From NCBI GenBank assembly GCA_965644295.1, contig CBFFRP010000348.1, forward strand, positions 1 to 64,000: a stretch of 64,000 nt of DNA, given 5' to 3'. This document shows positions 1-13,526 of the stretch, piece by piece. The first letter of the stretch is position 1; the number at the start of each line of letters is the position of its first letter. This stretch comes from Paraphysomonas bandaiensis (lineage: Eukaryota; Protista; Chrysophyceae). The position numbers were made by a program, and so were the translations under genes. Under the pieces are notes generated by a model. It was not told the origin of the DNA and searched no databases. It saw only the letters and a program-made list of their open reading frames with translations.

Positions 1-1257
1 TTCACTAACTCTGATGTCTCTCCATTCCCCGAATGTACCAGCCCCCTGTGTCTCCAATTGAGAACCCTTTCTAGTTAGTTGGATTGCCCCAAACTCAGGA
101 GTAAATGACTCCAGTGCAATTTTATCCTTTACTATAAACAGTCTTTTACTTGCACAACTGTCCAGATATACACGAGGTTCTTCCGACGTATCCACCGATA
201 GCAAAACCTCTTCTCCAAACATATTCGCTTCATCATCCGACGACTCTCCGTCGTTGACGTATTTCTTCCATTCTGTCTCGAATTTCCTGTTCGATTTTCG
301 AGGATTCTCATTATCCGGGTTTTTTATGTTCTTCCGTTTTTTCGACTTGCACTGTCGGGCTTTATGACTAAAATCTCCACAGATATGACAACCAGTATAA
401 TCCTTTGATCCTGGCTGCTGCACACTCTTCGAAGCCTTTTCCTTTGTCTTCCCTTTTCTTTTGAACTTGTCCATTTTTCTTTGTCGTTCCTTAGCATAAC
501 AATTCGCTGCTACATGTCCCTTCTTCCGACAAAATGAACAAACCACTGGCTCCTTCGACGCCGTAAAATTGATCTCTTCAGATTTGTCTCCCTTTAGTTT
601 CTTCAGCTGCGTCATAGCCTCGTCATACTCTTCACAAGCCTCTTTCACCGAATCAAATGTAGTTGTTGCTTTAGGCATCATCGCTACCGACATCCATAAA
701 TCATGTAATTCCTCTATCTGCAGCGCTGCTTTTATCTTTGCTAATTTACTTGCCTCTGTCTGCGGTTGTCCCAATTTTATGAGCTTCTGGATTATACCGT
801 TCAGTCGATCTACCCCAACAGACACCTTTTCCCCCGGCCTTATTTTGAACGAATGGTATTCTGCCGTAGTCTTCTCCAATACAGTCCCAATCTCGCCTCT
901 GAACCTATCAACCAGTGTCTGAAGGAGCTCACTGGATAACACCTCCTTAGCAGGATCATCAGCAGGTAAAATTGCCTTCCCCTCCAAATATTGATTGGCT
1001 ACCTCCAACACATCAGGGTCATGCTCGCAAGCCTCCCAAATAGTACTAACACAGGTATCATTACGCTCTCTCCATGACTCTAAATTCCTTCCTCCGGCTG
1101 GCGGGTCCTCCAAGCCAAGATGGTTTCGGTTTTTCTTCATTAGATGCATCTTGATTTTTCTCGCTGAATAGTCTGCTTGGTTCTTGTCAAACCGTAGCTT
1201 CTTGTCATCTTCCCCATCCCTACAACTAGCATTCGCTACCATAACAGAAGTTGACAT
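1..1257 (-). mobile_element. Ty1/copia LTR retrotransposon gag-pol, 5' part (runs off window start)
   Basis: Hand translation of the minus strand from ATG at 1257 stays open to base 1. It has two CX2CX4HX4C zinc knuckles (CSFCRKKGHVAANC, CHICGDFSHKARQC) followed by a copia-type protease motif VYLDSCAS. It is absent from the ORF track because there is no stop in the window. Confidence 0.85.
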
Positions 1258-1329
1258 TATTTGCTAAGGTTTACTATTCTCAACTGATAAGATGAAATTA
1301 TAAACATTACATGATAAAGAACCTAAGTT

Positions 1330-1534
1330 GTGTTCGATGTGTTCAACACCATTCATTTACTACTATAGTGTACAAACCACCCACTCAGTGATCGTATCCT
1401 GTATAGTCATCCACTTCTACTTCAGTTTCATACTACATAATATAATGTACTAATTACATATATATCTTTCGATCCTTGCATCTCACATAATACTGCACTC
1501 AATTGCAAGTATATAGAATCTTCAGATCTCAACA
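1330..1534 (-). mobile_element. Probable 5' LTR of the copia element
   Basis: Minus strand begins TGTTGAGA at 1534, where the sequence switches abruptly to an unrelated AT-rich ORF fragment. The inner boundary and PBS were not resolved, and the partner LTR is outside the window. Confidence 0.4.
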
Positions 1535-2367
1535 AAACATGGAGAACTTAAAGACAATCTAGATGTAATCAAATATGTGTTTAAGTATTACTATGAAATA
1601 CAAGGCGGTTCATATTACTTTTATGATGTTGACGATGATAAATTTGTTATGAAGACTAAAGAAGATTTCAAAAACGAAGTAATATTATATATAAATAATT
1701 AGATCTGATTATTACATGAGAGGACTTGTTGCATTTATCTATCTATTACTTTAGACTAGTTGTAACACAAATTATGAAATGCTCAGTTATCTCGGGACTG
1801 CTTGTGCATTGCTGCAAGCACCTTGGTGCAACCATCCCTTGTTTTACGTTTAGTCAGGTGGTCTTCCTTTGGGTAGTGTGTCTGGTGGTCCAGTTCCGTG
1901 TGCGAGTCGGGGTGTGGGGGGTGACGTGCCATTCTCCTCCCTCGTCCCCCCCCCCGTTTTATACACTTTTACATATGGGATACTATGAAATAGTGTTTGG
2001 AGGTAGTACCATAAATAATCAGGAATTAAGTTAACTGGAATTCTCTATAAGAAAGCATTTCATAAACAGATTGCCTATTGTTCGGGTTACACAACACTCG
2101 ATATAAAACTTCAACTAAGTAGTACTTAATAAAGTCTAAACTTAGTGAGTAGACTAGTAGAAGTATACCACTGTTGATCGTATATCGTATGGCATACACA
2201 TTTGATTATTACCTCTTATAATGATAGAATAAGAAGATAAGGAGATATAGTGACAAATGCGTGCACACTACTAGCTACCTAGATATTATTTTACAAATAG
2301 TTCGTATTGATTTTCCTACATTTCTAGGCAAAAATTATGCATCGATTATACACATTCTATATATATA

Positions 2368-3612
2368 TCATTTCGACAGTACCATCACTGCTTCTCTGAG
2401 CGCGTGTACTGCTCGCCGCAATTTGACTCTACTGCAGGCAATATTAACCCTAGCGAATCCCCGACCCTCATCTCCAAATGCTTCTCCTCTATTTACCACC
2501 CATTTAGCTTCATCACGAAGAAAGGACGATTGTTGTGTCGGAGTCAGATTCAGAGATCTGAAATCCATCCATACAAGAAATGTCCCTTCCGGTCGTATCA
2601 TGGCAACACCAGGCATAGATTCCAGCTCTTGTTCTAAATATTCTACATTTTTCTCAATATATTTGATGGCAGAGGCTAACCAGTCTTCCCCTGCTGCTGA
2701 ATACGCAGCTACCATCGCTGCACTGGCAAATGCATTGTTTTTATTTACATTAAGACGGCTATTTTCTGCCCTGAAAGTAGCTCTTCTGGTATCGTCTGAA
2801 ATAATAGCAAATGATTGACAACAAGATGCTATATTGAAGCTCTTGGCTGGAGATACACACGAGATGCAGTTGGCCGCATATTCGTTTCCCAGGGAGGCAA
2901 AAGGGGTGTGTTTATGTCCAAAAAGAGTGATATCTGAGTGTATCTCATCAGCAACCACGATCACACCATGTCGCAAGCATATATCCCCCACTGCAATGAG
3001 TTCTTCTCTTGTCCATACGCGACCGGTGGGATTATGAGGACTGCACAAAAATAGGATTTTAGCAGCAGGCTGTCTAGCTTTTGATTCCAAGTCGATTAAA
3101 TCCATATAATATTTGCCGTCTCTTAAAATGAGTGGGTTCAGAATAATTTCTCTTCGATTCTCTTGGAGAATGTCGTAGAAGTCGAAGAACACTGGAGGTT
3201 GTATGATCACTCCATCTCCTGGGTTAGCAAATATAGCGGCAGCGGTTGAGAGTGTATTTAATACATTAGGGGCTCGCAGTATATGTGGTTGTGAAATATG
3301 CCAGTTATAACGGCGTTGCATCCAGTTAATAACTGCAGGATACAAGTCTTTTGGCACAGCCTCATACCCAAATATGCAGTGATCAAGGCGATCCTGTAGT
3401 GCTTTGACTATCACAGGGGCAACTTTAAAATCCATATCCGCAATACTGGCAGTAAAAACTCCACAGCTGTCCTCCCCTACAATCATAGGATGTACCTTAA
3501 GTGCAGAGGACACAGTGCGGTCAACTTCCTCATCGAAACTATTCGGATGACTCAGAGATTCGTTACCCTCCAATGAGGCTGCAGCAGATATATATGCATC
3601 TGTGTGTATCAT
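2368..3612 (-). CDS. PLP-dependent C-S lyase / cystathionine beta-lyase, MalY/PatB family (intronless)
   Basis: Motifs IADMDFK, LDHCIFGY, LCSPHNPTGRVW, VADEIHSD, SPAKSFNIA (PLP Lys), EGTFLVWMDF and GFARVNIAC. Confidence 0.9.
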   Translation of the reverse strand: MIHTDAYISAAASLEGNESLSHPNSFDEEVDRTVSSALKVHPMIVGEDSCGVFTASIADMDFKVAPVIVKALQDRLDHCIFGYEAVPKDLYPAVINWMQRRYNWHISQPHILRAPNVLNTLSTAAAIFANPGDGVIIQPPVFFDFYDILQENRREIILNPLILRDGKYYMDLIDLESKARQPAAKILFLCSPHNPTGRVWTREELIAVGDICLRHGVIVVADEIHSDITLFGHKHTPFASLGNEYAANCISCVSPAKSFNIASCCQSFAIISDDTRRATFRAENSRLNVNKNNAFASAAMVAAYSAAGEDWLASAIKYIEKNVEYLEQELESMPGVAMIRPEGTFLVWMDFRSLNLTPTQQSSFLRDEAKWVVNRGEAFGDEGRGFARVNIACSRVKLRRAVHALREAVMVLSK

Positions 3613-4770
3613 TCGTAGAGTCAGTCCTCCTTATAGCGTCTTTATGTCATTTCACATCAATTCTCTGTCTCAGATCTCTAGATCACTATATTATCAGGGT
3701 ATGTGCTGCATATATATGCTTGTGTGATACCTTTATATGTATGTATGTGTAGATACTGCTGCTGTTTGCTGTATATGCATGTGATACCATACTTCGCGTA
3801 CGTGTACTGCTGTACATTGTGCATGTACAGAAAATACGGAATTTTGGTGTTGAGGTCATTCCAAATTTCATACACAAATTCCAGAGCTATAGCAAAAAAC
3901 CCATTAAAATCTAGAAACCCTGGAATATTTCCTCCATTTAGAGTTGTTGGAGGTTGACCACTGCGTAGAGGTTGGACTGTAGAGTGGTTGCATTCCAATT
4001 ATCGAGGGTAGCGATGAATGGCTTCATGGACTATAAATAACAAAGGATTGATATAGATATTATTTCTACAGGGTATACAATAACGTTACATAGTCGTCAC
4101 AAGCTTCAAATTTGTAGCCTGCACACTAAACATATCAATGCTTGTTATCTGAGTTGAATTGCAGACACACATTGGACGGATGTCAAAAATATCACCATGC
4201 ACCCTAGTGAATAGAACACCCTTTTGCATAAATAACACAGTGAGCATCTTATCATGCATTCGTCGCTCTGAACAGACACATAGGTGATATTGTAGCCCCT
4301 ATATCATAATTAACCAGCATGAAAAATCTATGGATCGTTGAAAACAGATGAAGACCCTAACTTCTGCTATTTTGTAGACATATTTCTTAATTTTTTATTG
4401 AGCATATTTTTAAGTGCCGAGACTAATTGGACAGAAACGTAAAGGGTATAAAGCATGTAGATGACCCATTAATAATTAATTTTCACTTATACATACTACA
4501 ATACGATGAGATATAATAATGTGCCTACTCCATCAAGAACCGTGAAATATAAAAGATATATATTAGATTCATTTTACAATACTATTAATAGTTTAAGCTG
4601 TTCACTGCTTTCTTTGACAGAGCAATACATATCTGACACCACACTACCACTCATATGCTCTCAGGGGGACACCATATACCGTATCCGCGTTCACACATCA
4701 AGTACCTATAGCTTCTTGTTAAGAGCAACGTAATCCACCTATGTATCAAAACGTAACAACCAGTTGTCGA

Positions 4771-7700
4771 CTAGTTGACTGCTTCTCGTCTTACCTTCGC
4801 TGCTGTACGCCTTCGCTTTGACCTGGAGCCATCTTCGTCTCCTGTGGCAGCTACTTCCACCCGTGCAGTCTCCAGGCACTCACCATTGTGCTCTTTTGTC
4901 TCTTTCTCCCCTGCTTCCTCAGCTCTGGCCATCTCTTGCATTTCTGCGACCTTTTTCTGCCACTCTGCGGCTTGCCTATCCGCCTCTGCTTGCTTCTCTT
5001 GACGCTTCCGATGCAGTAGGGCAATGCCCTGCAAAAATGCCTATCATTTTCATCGTAAATATATATAGAGCACTCACCTCTTTTTCGGCGTGCATCTCGA
5101 CTTCTGCATCAGCAGTGCTGTACTTCACCTCATTGGAAGTAGCTACTGAGCCACATAGAGCAGACACATGTGCCTTAACGCTTTTTGCAAAGGACGAGCA
5201 AAACTCGCCTCTAATTTGGTACCCTCCCTCCAGTGCAGACACGACACGACCATTACACGTAGTGTTGGCTATACGGATAAGGTTGGTGGTCACCCATTCG
5301 TAGTCCTCCTCAACCTAGAGCAGGCATTACATATACAAAGTATACCAGTGTATAGGTTATGAAATATGCACAATAAAACGAAGCACGTTCTCTGTATAAA
5401 AAATACGTACCAAAGATATATAGCCACCGTTAATAGTATCTTTTTTGTGCGCATCGAAACCAGCTGATATAAAAATACAATCTGGCTTGAACTCCATTAA
5501 TCGTGGGAATATCACGTTCCTATTATGATTTAGATAAAAACTCTTCAGAAATTATATAGTCACCTGAAGTAGTTGCGCCATTGATGCCTGTACTCCCCCT
5601 GTACGAACTCTCCACTGGGCAATTCCACCCCGACATCTAAAATGAGTGGTGGCATGCTATCTTCTACACCAGAAGGTTTATTGCCATATACCCGAGTCAT
5701 GCGTTCGTATTTGCTCTCAGATGTTGTCGGCAAAGTAGTAGGATAATCCCCACTACCCTCCGATCCACCTCCTCTGTAAGACGAGTCATCTGAGTCACTG
5801 TCATCTCCATCACCACTTCCCCCCACATCCATATCCGCCACTTCCTCGATCTCAGGCGCAGCTTCCGTTCCAGCACTACCGGTGATTCCAGTTCCTTCGA
5901 CAACCAAACTCTCCGCTCCAGCGTCAGGGGTGGTGGACGGAAAAACCGTTCGCCCTGTTCCGGGGTAGAAGGCGGTGGCAGGCATATACTGCTCCAAACC
6001 CCGTTCTCGCGGTCCGTAACCATGAACCGACACAAAAAGAACATTCTTGGCGTCATTTTCGTCAAACCAAGGCTTAAAACGAGGCGTGTGCATTTGCCCA
6101 AACATGGCAGGGGTGATAACCTCGGTAGTGTCCAGGCCTGGCTTTAGCCACCGGATAGTCTCCTCAGTACCATTTCCATGATGTACATCGAAATCTACGA
6201 TTGCAACCCGCTTAACAATGTCCCGATGCACATTCATTGCATACGCGGCCCCAATACTGATGTTGTTCAGGAGACAAAAGCCGTGGCTATCCGGTCCACC
6301 AGCTTCACCTTTCACCAGCCCAGTTGGCCCAGCATGATGTCCGGGCGGCCGCACTGCGCAAAAAGCATTGCGAACTTGTCCAGCAACAACCTGTCCTCAA
6401 AGAATACAATTACCCACAACACAGATTAAAAATATAAAATGATGTAAGAAACATAAGCCGTGCATTCACGTGGCCACCAACCATATCTACAGCCTGGCAT
6501 ACGGAGCCCGCGGCCCGCATGGCTGCATCAAAGCTCCTCTTGCTTACAGCAGTGTCACCATCCAAGTGGGCAAGGCCCCCTTCCATTTCCGCCTCCATAT
6601 CTTCCCCTCCATGAACACTCAGTGGATTCCCGAACCGTTGCGCAAGGTCTGCCAAACAAAAAGTGATTTATTATACGGTACTGTTTATGGGTTAACACCT
6701 TCACATGTTGCCTGCAAGCGACGAACATAGGGCCATTCATGCACCCGAAGCACGTCACTCATTGCTGCGGGTCGACAATCGTCAATAAACACTACGCTAC
6801 TTTCTAAATCGCGTGCCCGTAACACACCATTGGTGTCATCCAGCAACACCGCCAGTCGTTTAATATTCTCAGGAGGAGCAGATTCATCCTCTGTAGAGGA
6901 TGGGGCACATGTGTAATGCATGCGGCAGAAAGGATGAGAGATAATTGCTGTCTGAGCACAGGATGACTGCAGTCGGGGGGCAGGCTGATCAGTTCGACCA
7001 GATCTAAACTCAGCTGGGAGTGCCTGAATCATATCAAAGTGACTGTAGGCAAGCGCTGTGTCCACTGGTGTACGCTGCCATATGTCCCGCGCCTGCATCA
7101 TCGCGCCAAGTCCCTTGCCTGTCTCTAGTGCGGATGATAGTAGGGCACTCCAGACCCGGCGGGATCCAGACGCAGCAGCAACATGCAGAGGGGTGGAACG
7201 TGTTCCATTGACACTCATTAAGGATGCTCCATTTGACAACAACATATGTGCTGAAATAATGTCGGTCAATGCATATAATAAACACGCGACAAGGCGAGAG
7301 CAGTTGACTAGAGACAGACATACCGGTGTTTACAGCGTCTGTCATAGCACAGTGATGCAGCGCTCGGTTTCCTCTCCTGTCTTTGGCATCCAGAGTGTCC
7401 AACAGTTTTGTCCCTTTCTCCCCCTCACTAGAATCGTCCTCGGAGGTTATTGTCCGAATCATATTTTCTACGATTGGTCCTAAATTATATTCACATGCAA
7501 GCTGAAGTGCAGTTATTCCCTGATCATCCTGCAATAAAAGTTATAAACGATCCTAGGACGCAAAGGCCATATTGCCAGTTATTTTTGCTATCACTACCTT
7601 AGCATCGATGTCACATCCCAGTGTTAGCAGCTTCAAAGCACAGCTAATCCCAAAATCGAACCCTCCCGGTAGAATAGCAGTAGATATTGCAAGATGTAGA

Positions 7701-8004
7701 GGAGGAGTTCCATGACATTTCATATTTATATCACCACCCGACTCCACAATAAAAGTAAACGTTTCTAGATTTCTATTTAATCGAACAGTACACATGAGAC
7801 ACACACATGTATTCACATACATATATACCACCTCGCAAATATCGCACAGTGTAAAGCTGAATACTTTAATTCATTTCGTCGATTAATAATACTTGCAATA
7901 GTAGCTAATGGATGACCCTCAGGGAGAGAGCTCTTGATGGACTCTACCGCCTCTTGCATGGCAGCTAGAGACCCTGTCATTGCCACATAATGTAAATCAT
8001 CCAT
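4771..8004 (-). CDS. Ankyrin-repeat histone deacetylase (class II-like), multi-exon
   Basis: N-terminal ankyrin repeats (SALHCA, TPPLHLA, TALQLA, RALHHCA, TPLHVAA). HDAC motifs PPENIKRL, RPPGHHA, GFCLLNN, DFDVHHGNGT, ISAGFDAH and LEGGY. C-terminal charged coiled coil. Exons are separated by short GT-AG introns. Confidence 0.88.
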
Positions 8005-8582
8005 ATTAAAGAATTAAATTCTATGCAAGTTAATGTAAGATGATTGTAGAGGATGTATGATCAGAGATGGAGTCGACTGGTTGCTTAATATAAATTACTA
8101 CCAGCAATACTGTACATGTATATGTATATGTATATGTATGTATGAGAGGTCCTGCTAGCTGCATATGATAACATCATGCAATACAGCTGTATCATGGTGT
8201 ATGTTTTTTACCACTATACCAGAACCAAACTTTTCTAGCAGATTTATTGGATTTCTATACTATTTCATGGTATTTTCCAGTAATTGGGCACATTTGTGGG
8301 AGATTTCAAAAGAGTATACTCAGGTATACATTGTGTATTTGATGGGCTGAACCGAACATCTCCATCGAGGATACGATTGGCTAAAAAATTGTAAAGTCTA
8401 GAAGTGAGGAAAGTGTACTTGTGAAGTGAGTTCAGTATTATACTATCAACCTATCGGCTGTAGCTAGTAGTCCCTATAGGTATAGTGTGATCTACTGGTA
8501 ATCACTGCCTATTATTGCACTGTATTATAAGCGCCACTTATCTCTCATATCCATATATAACAACACATCCATATATATAACT

Positions 8583-9891
8583 ATGAAAGCAGCGGTATAT
8601 AATTCGGTATGTCTCTTATCGCCATGTATTGATTTTATTAATCATATCCTATCAGAGGAAGAGGAGTGGTGTAGGAATGTCAATAGTGCCAGTAACCACA
8701 CGCAGCGCTATTAACTACTCTCCCAAGAGGCCATTCCTCTCTGATCTTCTCTGTCGATCTCTATCTCTGATGGGTCATGCGGCACACATTATTCTAGGTG
8801 TTTTGCGGATATTTTTCCCTATACCGCCCGAGTATGGGGCCTGTGAGTCGAGACAGATGGTGTATTGTCGGGTGATCAATGGGGGGGTCAATCCTGTGGA
8901 TGCTAAGAGGCTGTATGGCGACAAACTTCCTCATTGGTGTTTATCACTTGTGGAGATGGTTGTGGAAGGGCGTGTATGCGGAATAGACTTTAGTGGGGAA
9001 GTTATTGATGCTCCCCCTGACAGCGGATTCAAACCGGGAGATGCTGTGTTTGGCACGATGCCCCCTTTTGTGGGGGCATACTGTGAATTCGTCTTGGCTC
9101 CAACGGACTCAATTTCTTTCAAACCCAAAAACTTGTCCCATGCAGAAGCCTCTGTATTGCCACTTGTTGGCTTGACTGCTTTGCAGGCGCTAGAGGATTG
9201 CGGAATTTGTCCAGGTGTGCATGTACTTGTTCTAGGAGCCTCAGGTGGTACGGGACATGTTGCGGTTCAAATTGCTAGAGCAAAGCGGGCCGGTTGTGTG
9301 ACTGCAGTTTGCGGGAGTCGCAATCGAGATTTTGTGCGTGAATTGGGGGCAGATGAAGTTGTGTGTTACGATGACAAGGATGTTATCAGAGCAGGTGGGG
9401 TAGTGGAGGTCCTATCAGAAATAGTTGGACGACGAGGGGAGGTGGATATTGCCTTTGATTCAGTCTCTTCCCACGACCCGAGAGACAGAAAATGCAGCTA
9501 TGAACACCAAATTAGATCACGCAAAGGGGCAGATCGGGTATTGAGCAGGCGGGGCATATATTTGATGCTAGGTGGTCTCTGGTATGACTGGTTGAAGGCA
9601 CACATTCTCAGGTAGATTAGGATATTCTCATATGATCGTCCATGTTTATCAACTTTGCGAAATAGGTTTCTAGGGTTGAATCTCTTTGGTGATGACCGTC
9701 GGTTATTTTGGGTACGGTTCCCTAATAGCTCGGAGTATCTCCGAAAGCTGTCATTCTACTCTGAATCCGACGCTCTTAAGGTAGCGGTGTCGGAGCGTTT
9801 TCCATTTACAGAACACGGTTTGCAGGACGCGTTTGAGAAGATCATGACCAGAAGAACTATAGGAAAATTAACAATAGATATTGCGGAATAA
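8583..9891 (+). CDS. MDR-superfamily NAD(P)H quinone/enone oxidoreductase (RTN4IP1/QOR-like), about 3 exons
   Basis: GVNPVDAK, GIDFSGEV, PLVGLTALQAL, VLVLGASGGTGHVAVQIA and C-terminal RTIGKL. Inferred first exon MKAAVYNS at 8583; intron at about 9612-9665. Confidence 0.85.
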
Positions 9892-11367
9892 AATGTAAAA
9901 TGTTTGATATATCTAGTGTACATATTGTGAACTTACTTATGATTAAAGAGTGAACATGTCGATTAATAAGTAAATATATAATGTTTTTAGATACATCAAT
10001 ATGTATTTATATAGTGTGACTGTTCAAGTAGTGATACCTGTGATGATGTACAGAATGGAAGAAAAAATAACTGTGGGTAAATATAGGCAAAGTTGGTGGT
10101 AAACGGCTTGTTTATATAATTATATCTACATTGTACAACCTATTCAAATTTTAACTCTGTAGCAGCAATAAAGACGGAATATATAACAGCTGAACACTCT
10201 CAAGTCCATTCAAAATCCAAAAATACTTTGATATTCTTGGTAGGTTACTTTATGGTTTTAAAATATCTATATGTGTGCTGGGTACTAGCAAATACAGTAG
10301 AAGCGACTAGTAACAGTGCTGTGATATCAAAGTGGTGTGCGATACGTAAAAACGTGCATCTTTAAGGATTCATAATTCACAACTATGATCAGTCTACTGA
10401 GTACTGCATTATTTACTACAATTATAATCTGTATTGTATATGGGAACCAAATATTTTATTCTCATATTTATAAATAACGCACCCATTTCGAGCCACAAGG
10501 GTGTCTTAGTCATCCGAAGATAACTTCACCATTTAATAACAACCCTGCAATAACGCATCAATATCGATTGATGCCATGTTCCTAAAAGCAGATCCTTTGA
10601 TCACTTGACAGTTGTCAACAGTGACCATTTGTGTGCATTGCGACAGTTTGAATGTAATCAGCATTTAAAGGCTAATTTTCCCTTCACAACAACCACAGCA
10701 GAGACCTTCACTGTCAGGTGAGTTGTCCTGCTAGTCAAAGGGATGCTTACAAAGGTCGGAATCTTTCTTAGCAACGCACAATGAATGCTCTCGATACACT
10801 ATACATATGGGGCGATAGCTATGACCTTTACCTGTATTAAAACGAGCCCCCCGTGAGAATACCCTAATATAATTGTTGCTCGATTAGGCGTAATACAACT
10901 GTAGAGTCATACTACATGTGAACTGTATTGAAGAAACAGAATGTAAGTAGCGATTAGGGTTAGCTTCTTGCAGATACTATTCTACAAAATGATCGAATAC
11001 TTCAAGTATCAGGGACGGGCTGATGGACGGCGGCGGGCCTTCTGGGACGGCTCAACAAAAAAATACGCACAATTCTAGAATTTTTGACCATCTTGTCGCC
11101 AGTATCTAATTATTGGGAAAAACAGAGTCTCCTACATACCACGATCCAGTCCTATCGTCCCCACGTCGTATACACGTCGTTCGTCCTACGTTTTTTTCAA
11201 CATGAATTGAAGCTGACCATTCATTCGTTCAATACATACATATATGGATAGATCTGTACGTATGTTTTCTATTGAATACTCATAATATCGTGCAGTGATC
11301 CACATATATATACACTCTCATAAATAGATAGTATAGATATTAAAATTTCATCTTACCAACAAGAGGT

Positions 11368-12768
11368 ATGGTCCTTTTAGGTGCTGAAGTTGATGAGAAG
11401 AACAAACGCCATTGGTTGCATGCTGTTGTCTTGCAAATAGGCATCCGTATAAGATATCTGTTTGAGAGCTGGTTCGGAATAAAGCCACTCTTTCTGGGTA
11501 TATCCGGATACAAATCCCCCTTCAGACCCAAGAACTGTCCAGAGTAAGTCTCATATGATGTATGATGATGAATATGGTCTGATTTTATTATACAGTTATG
11601 ACATTATTACGCGATTGGGGTTCACGTGGATCTGGTTATTCGCTGCGTTTACTCGTGATGGATTTTCTATTCTATACGTACTGTTCTGTAAAATCGGAGT
11701 TGTATCTTTGATGAATAAGCTCCACTCATGGTTGACAGACAGATTGATAGCTCAGTTCAAAGCAGCTGGATACACTGAGGGTCAAAATGAAGTTCCCATC
11801 CCGGAATACGACTGGCAGAATGGAACTCCAGAGGAATTTTACGACCTCTTTGTTAAGCAACCCCACCCTGTCATTCTTCGTGGGTTCATGAAAAAAACAG
11901 ATCTTCTCAAGGATCTGAACTGGGACACCATTCTCAAGAAGTATGGTGACGAAGAGGTGTATTTGACTAAGAAAGAGCTCGATGGGTACCCCGGCTTGCT
12001 TAAGGAGGTCGAGAACGATAAGATCTACTTGCATAACTCGGAGAAGTTATTCAACAAGTACCCTGAGCTGAGAAATCTATTCCAGTATAAGAGACTTGAG
12101 TCATACTTGAAGATGAAGGTTAGTAAGGTTAAAGTTAATGGAGAACACCAACTCACGAGTTCGTCTTGCAGGTTGGGTACGAGCAACTTTTTGTCGGTCG
12201 CAAGGGCACGGGATCTCCTTTCCATAACGCAGCAGTTTACAATATGTTTTACATGATCGATGGCACTAAAAGGTGGTGGTTTATCGACCCCTACGATACA
12301 TTCCTCGCCTATCCTATTGCTGTGTTGGGCCGCGCGGCTGGTGTTATTGGTTGCCTTTGGCCTATCGATTACAACAAGGAGGCCTTTCCTTTGTTCAAGT
12401 ACTGTCCTGTTTACACTGCTGAGCTTCAGCCAGGTGATGTTTTATTTAATCCCCCATGGTGGTGGCACTCGATCAAGAACACTTCTCCGGTTTCCACGGC
12501 TGTGGCTTCTAGGTGGCACACGGACGGCATTGCCGGACACAACCTGGTGGGTACAGAAGAAGATTATGAAATCTATCGATGGGGATCTTTTGCCTTCCAG
12601 GCAGGGCTTCAGTCTATTCAATTTCTTCACGGGATTCTCCAGGAGCCTTCCCCGAAGTTTGATGAGCACACGTCATTGCGCGAGAAGAACAACCGATATG
12701 TGCACAAACAGATTGCAATCAGTGAACAGGGTGGTCTCGATGTTATGGGAGTTAAGACTCTATACTAA
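11368..12768 (+). CDS. JmjC/cupin-8 Fe(II)/2-oxoglutarate-fold protein with HxA...H metal site, 3 exons
   Basis: PVILRG, LFVGRKGTGSPFHNAAVYNMFYMIDGTKRWWFIDP and LQPGDVLFNPPWWWHSIKN match the JmjC pattern. Introns at about 11544-11595 and 12119-12171. Confidence 0.85.
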
Positions 12769-13526
12769 AGACTGGACGGTAGCTACCACCATGTACTTAC
12801 CCTTGAACAGTATACTATCGAACAAATGACTTGGAAATTTTATGGATTGTATCTGTTCTGTTGAATATATCAGCACGAGTATTGATTAGTTGATGGCACC
12901 GTCGTTTGTTGCCTCACTCGCTGCACATATATGCCATAATAATTACTTTTGCTTTTCTTATATGCGTGCCATATACTGGCTTCCTGTATGATATTTGGAT
13001 TGCACACACCATTAGAGGGACACTTGATATGTAGAAGTGTTATCAGATTATCAGTGGCAGCTGTTCAAATTGAACAGATCATTATTGTCCTTTATGTACA
13101 AAAATACTTGTTTTGTAGCTGAATTTCTTAGTTAAAAGTTAGAGGTACAAGTAAATGAAAACTTGGTTAACTAGGCTAGGTTGTGGTCGCTCCATGCAGC
13201 ATACAGATGTACCCTCTGTAAACAGGGCTCCATAAAAATTATTGTTTTTTCGTTATTTTAGTGTGTGTACGTGTGTTTATGCCAGGTTATGCCCGATTGC
13301 ATTATACTGTGAGCTAGCTTAACACTTACAATATTGATAGAATTTACGCAACAATTTTCAGTCTACTGTTTATGCATATTCTATATGAACATCTAAAATT
13401 ATCCAATTTCATATTTAAATTCAACTTGCATTGCTGTTGCAATATAACGTCATATCAAGGAATCTATCTACTATTTTCATCAGCTGTACAATACATGACA
13501 GTGTTCAATACGACGACTCTATTCTA

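Noticed and set aside
569-922. Plus-strand 117-aa ORF and other antisense ORFs overlapping real genes
   Set aside because: They are shadows of the opposite-strand coding frames (here the copia gag) and have no motifs of their own.
11010-11190. GC-rich ggacgg / cgtcc motifs upstream of the JmjC gene
   Set aside because: The complementarity is short and irregular, and no element boundaries could be defined.
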